Shown: piece after piece, positions 11,297 to 21,811 of the stretch
Layout: each line of letters opens with the position of its first letter
Numbering within the stretch: the first letter of the stretch is position 1
From: a virus
Lineage: Duplodnaviria > Caudoviricetes
Virus record (IMG/VR): IMGVR_UViG_3300010354_000112
Span: 1-56,019 of that record
DNA: 56,019 nt
Direction: 5' to 3' (one strand)
Made by a program: the position numbers and the translations under genes
Notes under the pieces: model-generated
The model's database searches: none
Told to the model about the DNA's origin: nothing
The model's input: the letters and a program-made list of their open reading frames with translations, nothing else

Positions 11297-14200
11297 GTGA
11301 AGACTTATTTATTAAGCTTTAATGCTGGTGACTTTTCTAAAGCAGGAAAAGTTTGGACATCAGACGTTATTGATCTTTACTCAAATAAGTATTATACAAA
11401 TTATTCTTTAACAAGATCATTTTCTGGCTTAAACTCCTTAGGTGATTATACTTTTACCGGAACAGAGTTACTACCTAATGCTACGCCAACAATAGCAGGT
11501 GCACACACCGTAACTAATTATGGTGAAATAATTACAGATCCAGGAATATATCCTCACTATATCTTCAATTATGATTCTATAGTTGATGGTAATTTTGTTT
11601 TTGATCCAGATACACCATACGATCCACTAAATCCATCAACTCCAATTTTAACTCCAGATAGTTTTGTAAGTGAGCTAAATAGATTTGTAGATACATCTTC
11701 TAGAATAGATATTAGAACATTTAAAGGCGCGTTTTCAACAAACCTTAACAGTGTTGAATCTATAACCTTTGACTTAAAAATATATGAGTCGGATTCAGAA
11801 AATCGGACCATGGCTATTGTCAACCACAACCACATCTAGTGCAGTAGGATCAATTCTTTTATCAAAGGATGTAAAAAGATACGCTAAGTTTGAGGTAACA
11901 GTTAATACTGAGTTAACAGATTTAAGTGTTCTTTCTTTTGTTCTTATAGTAGAAGTAGCTATATCTGATCCGGCAGTTCCAGTTCTATCACGCTCTGCTA
12001 AAAACGTACTAAAAAGATTTCCATCTTGGATGTCAATGTATTCTGACTCTAATGATCAGGCAACTCCTAGCGTCTATATTCCAACTAGTGTTGGTGGAAA
12101 GTTTATCAATGCCATCTTAGGAGAAACATTAGATGATTTTGATAGAGAAATAGATTTACATAGAGTTAACTCATATATAGAAACAGCTGATACAAATCAA
12201 ATAGCTTGGATATATTCAAGTTCTAATGTAAACAATATATTTAATAAAGTTCTTGTTGGAGAAGTTGAATTAGCTAGAGTTGATAATTTTAGAGATTTTA
12301 TCAAACTAAAAAATGCGTCATATGTTTTCTATCACAATCCTCTAAATAGAGAAATACTTACATTAGAAGAATATAGCGGTTTAAAAATTAGAAATGAAAA
12401 TACTAATATTGAAATTACCCTTGAGCAGAACCCAGTTCAAGTGTTTAACTGGTTTGATGAATTTGGTTTAAGGGTTGGTCTTTCTAGATTATACCTAGAA
12501 GATAACGTTTCATATAAGGCTAGAATTTTAGATGTATTTAAAAATCCAAATGGAGTAGATATAGAATCTTTTAAGAAAACTCTTAGAAGAGAATTAAATT
12601 TATGGAAAGCTTTTTCTGCAACTCCAGATTCTAATCATCTTGGCGCAACTCCTGAAATTTTAGAGATGGCCGATATAGAAAGCTCTACTCCATATTTTAC
12701 AGCTGAAGGTAATCCTACTGATAAATTTAAAAATCTTGTTGAAAATTTGAATATTAAGTATCCAACAAACTGGGGATATTTTGCTTTCGACGATGCAATA
12801 TGGGATTACGCTGGAGAAGATAATCAAGGAGCAGCTAGAATCACATCTAGGTATTACGATGATGATATAGATCTAATTTATTATCAACCAGGAGTTGGTG
12901 ATTTTGACGATGCAAGAATTATAATACAAAACTTAAATGCAACTCCACAAAGTTTTGAAACTAAAATAATTGCAACTGGTAAGAAAAAAACTGGTATAAC
13001 ATATGATCATTCTCCAATATCTTTGGGGTATGAATATTATGGTTCTTATAATATTATCGAATATCAAAATCAATCAGCAACTACTAATTTTACATTAGAG
13101 TTTCACGCAACACCACACTCGACTTATACTACTCCGACAACTTTTTATACCACAATAATATATTATCCAAAAAATAATTTTGATCCCACCCATCCATCTA
13201 GTCCGGAATACAGACAGGTGGAAATTTTTGATACTGAAGGATTTGTAAAAAGTGATTATTTAGTTCGACAAAAAGATACCGACGCCGCGTACCAAAACAC
13301 AACTTCGTCTGTAGCAAATACTAGACTAAACATAAAAGACATATTAAATATGGTTCTTAGAAATGGAATATGGAATGGTTCCACTTACGATACTCTTAAT
13401 TCTGATAATTTTCTAGCAAAATTTTCTCACAGAACAAATACCCTGGCAAATACCAGCACATTACTAAGTGCAACGCCAAACTTTACAGAATCAACAAAAG
13501 TTGAGATAGTATCAAAACTCTATAATCCAGTTGAAGTTTCAAAAAATACAAAAATCCAATCTAGTTATTTGTCGCTAAATTCATCTACTCCTCCAACCGA
13601 AATTAATTTAAACCATACATCAATTTATAACAATATTTTATTTCCAAATAATTCTACGCCAACACAAATTCATATTAAAAATATTAAACCTACAAATGTA
13701 GAATATGGATATACCGAATCTTCTAGTCCGCTTGCGGGATACGGAGGAGAATCTTATTATTCTGAAATTGATGAGAATATATTTATACCTTCTTCCCCAA
13801 ACATACTCTTATCGTACTATTCGGGTGATACCTACGTCCCGTCATCAAATGCTAAAGTAGATACTGAAACAATTAACTTAGGAGCAGCAACAGCAAACTA
13901 TTATTTTACTGAATTAAGCTATCCTTACAATTCAACACCAAATAGATTAACGTTAAAAACGCAAGATAGCAATACGTATCCACATAAAAAAATAAAATGG
14001 GAATCATTTGAACTAGATCACGCAACACCAATTCGTGGTTCAGTGGATGAAAATGGAATAGTTAATTTTTCTTCTACAAATGGCGAATACATACCAGGAA
14101 AAAATTCAGATATAATACAAATTCCAGAAATAACTAGAGAAAATTTTGGTCTGTCTGGCGAAACAAAATTTGATTACTTTTTTGAAACTATAAAAATACA

Positions 14201-16091
14201 AGATCCAGAATCAACAGATATATCAATTTGGTCAGAGCAAGAAATCGTTGATCCATTCTTAAATAGAACATATGTTTTATATGATGGCAATATCTCTGAT
14301 CTTCTTGAGGATCCAGATTATACAACAAAAGCAATTACGTATCCTTCTAATTCGGTAAAAGAATCTTATGACAGTGAAAGAAATACTACTGTATTTTCAA
14401 ATTTTGTAGCAAGAGGTAAGTTATTTGATTCAAAGTTGGACACCAGAATGCATACTGGTTGGCTACATGTTTCAAACGAAGAAAAATATATTTTTGCAAG
14501 ACCCATAACAGAAAGTTTTAATGGAGCATATAAGACCATCAATCTATCCGGCATGCCGAGACAAGGCTCTCCTGTTATAGTCAAAGTTTCAAACGCAGAA
14601 ACCAGTGTGGCAACACCTTATTATGAAATAGCATTTTATGATTTGGCTACACCAAACTCATTTGGATTTTACAACGAAGAAACAATCAAGCCTTCGTTTG
14701 ATAATTCTTTCTATTTAGGTTACTCAAATGTATACGATGTATCCATAACTGATGGATTAACTGGGGAACTTTTATTTGAAGATCTTGAGTCAAGTACAAA
14801 TAAAATTTCTGTTTCTAGCCCTACTTATAGTTTCTTTACGGGTAGAGAATATATTATTTCTTACAAAGTAAGAAATTCTTACTACATAGATTATGATATC
14901 TCTAATGCAAATAATAAAGCATTTTTGGTTTTCGATGCCACACCAACATCTACAATGGATTATGAAATAACGTATGAAAATTCTCTATATGAAAATTCTA
15001 CTCCTCTTAATATAGATCTTGGTCAAACAACTTCTTTCTTAGATAAGGGTTATATAATATATTCAGAAACTGTAAATCCTTTTGATACAGCTGTAGTCAA
15101 AATAAGTCCAAGCTATATAATGGATGATCAAGAAGATTATATAACAATAACAGTTGTTTCTTTAGACTCAATAGGTAATCCAAAACCATATCAAAGTTTT
15201 GAGTTATCGTCAGGTGTTTTATCTTTTGATAATTCAATTATCACAACAGATGAAGAAGGTTTTGCGTCTACTTCTGCTGTTTATTCTGGTTCAGTTTCTG
15301 TTAATAAAACAATTTCTAGTTATCTGACGGTAACTGGAATTGTTTCATCTATTAACCCTCAAGCACATCCAGATAGCGATACATCCGGTTTCTCTTCTAT
15401 TCAATATTTTGATATATATTCATCGTATGATTCAGCTGGAGAGTTAATTGCAACCGTTGATCCTTCCATTGTCGTTGCTGATGCTAATTCTTCAGTTATA
15501 GTTTCTGGTTTATTGACTTCAAATAATTTACCACAAAAAAATAATGTAATTTATTGGAAAAAAGGCAGAACTCTTTATCAAACTTTAAATCAAGTTAGCT
15601 ATTCAATTAATGATAGCAAGCCTACCGCAACTACGTCATCTGGCATCGTTTATACTGACCAAAATGGAAAATTTGAAATTGGTCCAATAACCTCTCAGGA
15701 CAGGGCAACTCCTGGATATTGGTTTATTTCAGTCGAGTCAGAATTGCAAGAAGAGCCAACAGTTAGCCCATCCGTACTTGTTGGGGATTCGGTATTTTGG
15801 TATGAGTCCTATGACAATATAGATATAAATTATATTCCGAATTTGCAAATGCCAGACACCATAAACTACGACCCCGCAAATTCTTTAACTTTATATGCTA
15901 CTCCATCGTTTAGGCTCAGTTACTATAGTGATGGTGGATTTAGCAATACTTATACAGGTAGCACACCAAGATGGACCCCTCCTGTATGGATGCCAGTATC
16001 AAGATATGAGCAATACCAAGCCGGATATTTAGGTTCCACACCAAATATGGCTGGAGATTTTTCTGGTCTTATTAACGATGTTGAGGATTAA
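11297..16091 (+). CDS. Large baseplate/virion structural protein (about 1597 aa) with C-terminal Ig-like segments; ORFs 11297..11839 and 11784..16091 joined by a +1 shift at CGG 11804
   Basis: AGGAG RBS and GTG at 11297; the joined reading is YESDSEN-GPWLLS; wedge-like motif WFDEFGLRVGLSRL..EDNVSYKARIL; recurrent ATP tripeptide; beta-rich. Confidence 0.7.
11804..11807 (+). other. Putative +1 recoding site CGGA (site 3)
   Basis: tca gaa aat CGG acc atg...TAG versus aat (c)gga cca tgg cta (SEN-GPWL). Confidence 0.7.
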
Positions 16092-16093
16092 TA

Positions 16094-19000
16094 GTGGATA
16101 AGTTTGATTTAAAAATTAACGAAGTTTCTCAGCTTAAAGTTAGAAAAGCTAATGAACTTCCCAAAGACAATAGTTCTACCGCATTAGCCTGGTTTGATTC
16201 AAAGCCTGTTACTCCTGCAAATAATCTATCAATAACTGATCTTTCTAATTTTATTCCAGAAAACAGTTATTCTTCAGATGTAAATTCTTTAAGTTCTAGA
16301 GCAAAAAATAAAATTGTTTTTTCAAATGAACTTGGAATTCTTGAAGATCAAAATGGTCAAACTGTTTTTGATACAGATGATATAAGTGTTACTGATATTT
16401 TCTTAAACGCTCCTGCATATGACAAAAGATACTATGAAATAGATTTAAAAAATAATAATTTTGTACACAGCTATTATGTTTCAAGGTATTACACTCTTAC
16501 AGAAAGAGATTCGTATACATTTGTTGATTTTGATGATTTCATAGAAGAAAATAAAATACCATTTTCTATAAAAGTTGTTAATGAATATAATGAAGAATAT
16601 ATAGACAAAGATACTGGAATTAAAAAATATAGAATTTTATTAGAGCAATTAAAAATTCCAGAGCATTCTTCAAGAACATCAGTACCAACAAAGATCATTG
16701 TTCTATTCAATAGTCCAAGTCCAAACAATCTATCCTTGATATACGATAAGGTAACTATTTCCGAAAACAACGATGTATCATCAATAGTTCCTCAATACAA
16801 AGAAAATATAAATACAGTAAGTATCTACAATAAAGTTTCTGAAGAATCTTTTGTCATAGATAACTCTTCAAGAGATAAGAAAATATATTCAAAAAAATCA
16901 GTTCTTTCTAAGAAAAATTTGATATCAGGTTTAACTGAAAAAGCAGAAGGATTTGAAGTATTTGTTCCAAAAAAAGCTATATCAGACAGTAGAACTTATG
17001 AGTCGTTTAACTGGAGACTTATAGCTAAGGTAAAAAAATCTATAAATGTATCTACCGTAAATAACAATGAAGAAATTGATAGTGAATCAAACATTAAGCA
17101 GAAAGTAGTTAACGCGGCGGTTCTTTATTCTGGTGATATTCAGGTATTTGGTGAAGAAAATCAAAAAGATTACAGTCCTTTTAATCCGTATGTTTTTTAT
17201 AGATTATCTATATCTCCATTTAATATTTCTAATTTTATTTTTCAAAATCCAATAGTAGAAGAGAGTTTTTACGTACAGTCAATAGAGTTGGGAAAGCCAG
17301 CAAAAAATCAGGCTGATTACTGGTTGGTCAATATTGATAATATAACAGATGAAGATCTGTCAAAGTTTGACATCTTAGCTTGGTCTCCAAGTAATTCTAT
17401 TAGCCCAAATAATGGTTTGAAGATAAAAAAATATATAGAAAAAACACAAGGAACTTTAATATTAGATTTATCAAACGTTCAAACACCAAGCGCAGAAAAC
17501 ATAGATCCCAGTTTATCTACTAGCTCTGAGCAATATGAATTAGATACTTGGTCTTATAACCTAGACAACGTTTTTTTAAACGAGCAAAAAAATAATGCTT
17601 GGCCACTTAACCAAAGTGTTTTTGAAAGACTAACCATTGATCAAACTAACTATGATGTTTATTCTATTTTTGGCAGAAGCAAGCTTCCTGGATTGGTAGA
17701 TAAAAAGGTAAAAGAATTTACTGGTTCAATTTCTGAATCTAATGTTGTTCTTAAGAACTCTAGAGGCAAACCGCTATTTGTTAGTCTGCAGTTCGATACT
17801 GTATCTGATACCCTCTCAAGAGGCAACCTGTTGATTACAACAACTCCAATACTAAAGTATTGCAATGATCTGTATCAGCCTTCTTCTTTGTTTGATATAG
17901 CAACTTCAAATAGCGGCCCTGTTTCATTAGCCGAAAGCGCATTTACCGTATCGGCTGCTATAGAAGGACCGATGAAAATTGTTTATAACTCAGTTTCAAT
18001 TTCATTACTTTCTAGAATATTTTCTTCTAAAATAAAAGATTTAAGATCTTCTGTTTATTACCACTTAAGCAATTGGGATTTTTCATATGTAATAAACTCT
18101 AACGCTCTTCTTGACGACGAAAAAAAACAAGAGTATATAGAAATAAAAGATAAATCTGTAGACTCAGTAGGTATTTCAAAGTACGCAAAAAATCTTATAC
18201 CTAATAATTCTTCTGTAGTAGAATTTTATAAAAAATCTGTTTATGACTTTTTGTCTGATCAGTACAACCTAGTTCTTCAAGAGTTAAATCCACAAGACAT
18301 AGAGTTTTATGTAGAAGTAACTAATCCAGATGTCATAATAGCCAATGCAACAAAAGTGGTAAAAGATTACTCTAGCCAGGATGTTGAAGATATACCAACT
18401 TCTTATACGGTTTATAAATTAAATTCTCAAGAAGTAAATTCTTCACTGTACGCATATACAAATACTCCGTCAGCAGAATTTAAGATTCCAGGAGGATTTG
18501 GTCCCTATGTAATAAGACAAAGAATATATAGATCTCCCAACCAGCAAATTAATGATAGGGTAATGAATTTATTATCTTCTAATAATATATATAAATCTTA
18601 TTCGTTTAGCTTTTCTATATTCAGCTCGTACGCTCAATCAAAAGAGTCGCCACTATCTTTTTCTGCGTCATGGTCAGTTGTTTTGTCTGCAATTTATACC
18701 GCTACTCTTTCAAGAGATACTTATTACAAAAACGTATCTCCTCCTGGGACTGTAATTGTTGAAGCAAATAAAATAGTCGCTTCATATAAGTTTGAACCAG
18801 ATGAAGGTGAAACCGCAATATTTTCTAACGCTGATAGAAGACAGCAAATAGTTAATACTTCGGATCCCGCAAATAACTTTATGTACACAAATGATATTAC
18901 TAACGGGAACATAAATGCTGGTTATTCCGTTGGAAAAAGTGGACTACTTCCAGATTATGTTGCCTATATTCAAATATCTCTAAGAGAATATAGTTCACAA

Positions 19001-21811
19001 ACTTATTGCAATATAACAAAAGTATACGATGCTCAAACCGAAAAAGCGGTAAAGATTTTTCAAAGGCTAACAGACGCAAGATTTGAAGATGGAAAAGTAG
19101 ATAGCGAAACAAAAGCGCTCTTTGCAAAGTATTTATGGAAAAAAATGAAAGACACTGAACCAGAAAGATACGCTACGGTAATTGAACGTATTCAAAGATT
19201 TAATCCAGGGTCAGTTAAATATGTACAAGGAGCCGCAAATTCTATAGCAATTCATGAGCTTCCATCTAGAAATAATCCTGGTAATTACAGAAAAATAACT
19301 TTTAGCGGTTCATCCGGTCCAAACATATTACACGATACTATTTTTGTATATCTTCCGGAAAGATATCTTTCTTCTACTGTTCTAAAAGATATTACAGTAA
19401 GGTCAATAACTGTTTATCCTGGAGAATTTGCTGGAACAGCTTCCTATAAAGGTATCGAAATTTTTGATATAAAATGCATTCCTCTTAATCCATCTGATTC
19501 TTCGATAGATTATACTAAACCAAAAATAATTAAAGGAAAAGTTCCATATACAAAAAGTCCTATATTAGCAGAAGTAAATCTTCCATCTACTCAGGCAGCT
19601 TGTTTTGCTATCAAGATAAGAGGAGGAAGCTTAGGTGGTAATTTTGGTCCATACACAGAAGGTTACTCTTTAAATAAGATAGAATTTGATATATCCTATA
19701 AGTATGACGTATATAATGACAGAGAAATAATAGAAGATGGATATAAGCTAGAGACAAAGACGGCAGATGTAACGGTCACCTACAATGCCGCCGGTATTGC
19801 AAGTAATATATCTGCTAATAAAGCAGAAATAATAGATTTAAGTGGTCTCAAATCAGTTAAATACGCGACTTCACCTGTCTCCATAACGTATCCAACTTGG
19901 TCCGGTTTGATGACATTGGATTTAACTAAAACTAAAATTGACTTTAGCAGCAAAGAATATAAACCACCATTTACTCCATATTCTTCAGATTCTGAAACTC
20001 CATCATACAAAGATGAATCAATAACAATAGACTTAACATCTACTAGGACAGTTTCTGTTCAGTCTAATTCTTTGTCTTTATCAAATGTTTTGTCTTCTAC
20101 AAATAATCCAGTTTCTAATTCTTTGGTGACAATTTCTTTGAGTGGTTCAAAATTGGTATTTGAAACTTCTTCATTAAATTATGAAAATTCAAACGTAATT
20201 AAAACTGAAGAAAAAACAATTGAAAATTATTGGCTATTAAAAGATGATGGTTCAATTATAAAGAATTCAAAAAATACTATAACTGTTTTAGATGGATTGG
20301 TTATGTTATGTCAACCAAGTGATGAACCAGCACTTGTAGGAAAACCGTATGGAATAAACTTGCAAGATCTTAAATCTTCTAATTTAAATTCAAACGAAAT
20401 TAATATAGATTATGGTTCACTGATATTAAATAATAATCTAATAAATAATGGCGGTTTAGTAACTGGGTTCTATGATAGAAATAAAAAAGAATTCTTAGGA
20501 AACAATTTGTATTATGTTGACTTAGTAGCTAGAGGGGTAGACAATGTATATATCGCAGCAATTGCAGTAGACGCCGATGGAAATCTTGGCACAGGTGTTG
20601 ATTTTTTTGGTCCAAAAACAAATATTGCCATAAGGCCAGCGGATGTTCCAGTAAAAATGGCTTGTCCAATATATAATGTTGAGTATATCCCTTCTTCAAG
20701 AATAGGCATCTCTCATATATCTCCTAATCTATCAAAGCTAGAACAATGGCCAGTAAACATTACCGCAGGATCTTTTACCAAAACATTTTACATAGATCCA
20801 AGTTATGGTTGGACAAGTTGGCTTAAAAACTATGAAGGAAAATATTTAAGAGCCACATATTCTACTTTGGGAATAAACAATGTAGTTTGGTCTCAGTGGG
20901 CAGGAAAGCCTTATATAGATGTATTTAAAGAAACTCCTATTATTCTTTCTTCTAGAAGAATACAATTAACAAAGGTTCCATTAGCTACTCTTCATCAACC
21001 AGCTTTTACAAAAATTGGTGAAACTAAAAATTTTGTAAAGATTTATATAAAATCTTCTGATGATCAATGGGAAGTTTTGAATGAAAAGTACATTAGAAAC
21101 ATTAATGCATTTACGGGAATAATAGATTTCGTAACACCAGTTGCAACTGACCCAGATTCTATCTTGGTTGATTACACAACAAGGGCAAGTGGAATACCAC
21201 TAAAAGTTATTAATGGATCTAGAATTCCAATTAATCCATTTTTAAACAGAGATACAATTGAACCCGAAAAACCATTACATATATATATTAAACCGTCTAG
21301 AATAGAAGTTATTAATCAAAGTATAAATAGTTATACATTAGATTTTATTCCAGACTACACTTATGATAGCCCAATAGATTTTACATATAACACTTCTATA
21401 TTTAATCCATACAACAGTAGTTCTTATGATCCATTCTCTCTTCAGATTGGTTTAATCCATGTGTTAAATTCTGTTGATATAAAAGATATTTCTTTGGAAG
21501 ACTTAAGAATTAAAGGTGGTGGAGTTAAGTCGACTATGGGTAAAAATATTAGTTTGTCTAATTATGGATCTTATAATATTAACGTACTGTTTAAAACGGT
21601 GAAAGAAGCATCTTCTTTCTGGGATGTCTACCCGGCTGAACAGCAAGCTTATTCAAAGGGTGGATTTATTATAATCAAGATGCCTAGAGAGGTTTTAAAT
21701 AATTTTACTTCAGAACAAGAATTGTATAGTATAATAAGTAGAAATATTACAGCTGGAGTTGTATATAAAATACAAGATATGGAAGGAAATGATTGGGGTG
21801 TTCTTGAATGA
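16094..21811 (+). CDS. Very large virion structural protein with an internal peptidoglycan-binding-like domain
   Basis: 1905 aa; VAYIQISL...YDAQTEKAVKIFQ...DGKVDSET matches the PG_binding_1 pattern; structural module. Confidence 0.65.
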   Translation: MDKFDLKINEVSQLKVRKANELPKDNSSTALAWFDSKPVTPANNLSITDLSNFIPENSYSSDVNSLSSRAKNKIVFSNELGILEDQNGQTVFDTDDISVTDIFLNAPAYDKRYYEIDLKNNNFVHSYYVSRYYTLTERDSYTFVDFDDFIEENKIPFSIKVVNEYNEEYIDKDTGIKKYRILLEQLKIPEHSSRTSVPTKIIVLFNSPSPNNLSLIYDKVTISENNDVSSIVPQYKENINTVSIYNKVSEESFVIDNSSRDKKIYSKKSVLSKKNLISGLTEKAEGFEVFVPKKAISDSRTYESFNWRLIAKVKKSINVSTVNNNEEIDSESNIKQKVVNAAVLYSGDIQVFGEENQKDYSPFNPYVFYRLSISPFNISNFIFQNPIVEESFYVQSIELGKPAKNQADYWLVNIDNITDEDLSKFDILAWSPSNSISPNNGLKIKKYIEKTQGTLILDLSNVQTPSAENIDPSLSTSSEQYELDTWSYNLDNVFLNEQKNNAWPLNQSVFERLTIDQTNYDVYSIFGRSKLPGLVDKKVKEFTGSISESNVVLKNSRGKPLFVSLQFDTVSDTLSRGNLLITTTPILKYCNDLYQPSSLFDIATSNSGPVSLAESAFTVSAAIEGPMKIVYNSVSISLLSRIFSSKIKDLRSSVYYHLSNWDFSYVINSNALLDDEKKQEYIEIKDKSVDSVGISKYAKNLIPNNSSVVEFYKKSVYDFLSDQYNLVLQELNPQDIEFYVEVTNPDVIIANATKVVKDYSSQDVEDIPTSYTVYKLNSQEVNSSLYAYTNTPSAEFKIPGGFGPYVIRQRIYRSPNQQINDRVMNLLSSNNIYKSYSFSFSIFSSYAQSKESPLSFSASWSVVLSAIYTATLSRDTYYKNVSPPGTVIVEANKIVASYKFEPDEGETAIFSNADRRQQIVNTSDPANNFMYTNDITNGNINAGYSVGKSGLLPDYVAYIQISLREYSSQTYCNITKVYDAQTEKAVKIFQRLTDARFEDGKVDSETKALFAKYLWKKMKDTEPERYATVIERIQRFNPGSVKYVQGAANSIAIHELPSRNNPGNYRKITFSGSSGPNILHDTIFVYLPERYLSSTVLKDITVRSITVYPGEFAGTASYKGIEIFDIKCIPLNPSDSSIDYTKPKIIKGKVPYTKSPILAEVNLPSTQAACFAIKIRGGSLGGNFGPYTEGYSLNKIEFDISYKYDVYNDREIIEDGYKLETKTADVTVTYNAAGIASNISANKAEIIDLSGLKSVKYATSPVSITYPTWSGLMTLDLTKTKIDFSSKEYKPPFTPYSSDSETPSYKDESITIDLTSTRTVSVQSNSLSLSNVLSSTNNPVSNSLVTISLSGSKLVFETSSLNYENSNVIKTEEKTIENYWLLKDDGSIIKNSKNTITVLDGLVMLCQPSDEPALVGKPYGINLQDLKSSNLNSNEINIDYGSLILNNNLINNGGLVTGFYDRNKKEFLGNNLYYVDLVARGVDNVYIAAIAVDADGNLGTGVDFFGPKTNIAIRPADVPVKMACPIYNVEYIPSSRIGISHISPNLSKLEQWPVNITAGSFTKTFYIDPSYGWTSWLKNYEGKYLRATYSTLGINNVVWSQWAGKPYIDVFKETPIILSSRRIQLTKVPLATLHQPAFTKIGETKNFVKIYIKSSDDQWEVLNEKYIRNINAFTGIIDFVTPVATDPDSILVDYTTRASGIPLKVINGSRIPINPFLNRDTIEPEKPLHIYIKPSRIEVINQSINSYTLDFIPDYTYDSPIDFTYNTSIFNPYNSSSYDPFSLQIGLIHVLNSVDIKDISLEDLRIKGGGVKSTMGKNISLSNYGSYNINVLFKTVKEASSFWDVYPAEQQAYSKGGFIIIKMPREVLNNFTSEQELYSIISRNITAGVVYKIQDMEGNDWGVLE

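Noticed and set aside
11784-11803. ATG 11784 as the true start of the 1435-aa ORF (it would contain an in-frame CGG at 11790)
   Set aside because: No RBS, and it overlaps the upstream gene by 56 nt; the joined reading from GTG 11297 is more coherent.
1-16091. Interpreting the split tail genes as pseudogenes of a decaying prophage
   Set aside because: The breaks are of one type and context, downstream parts are long and motif-intact, and no integrase or host genes are present. A sequencing artefact remains possible and is listed as the refuting test.
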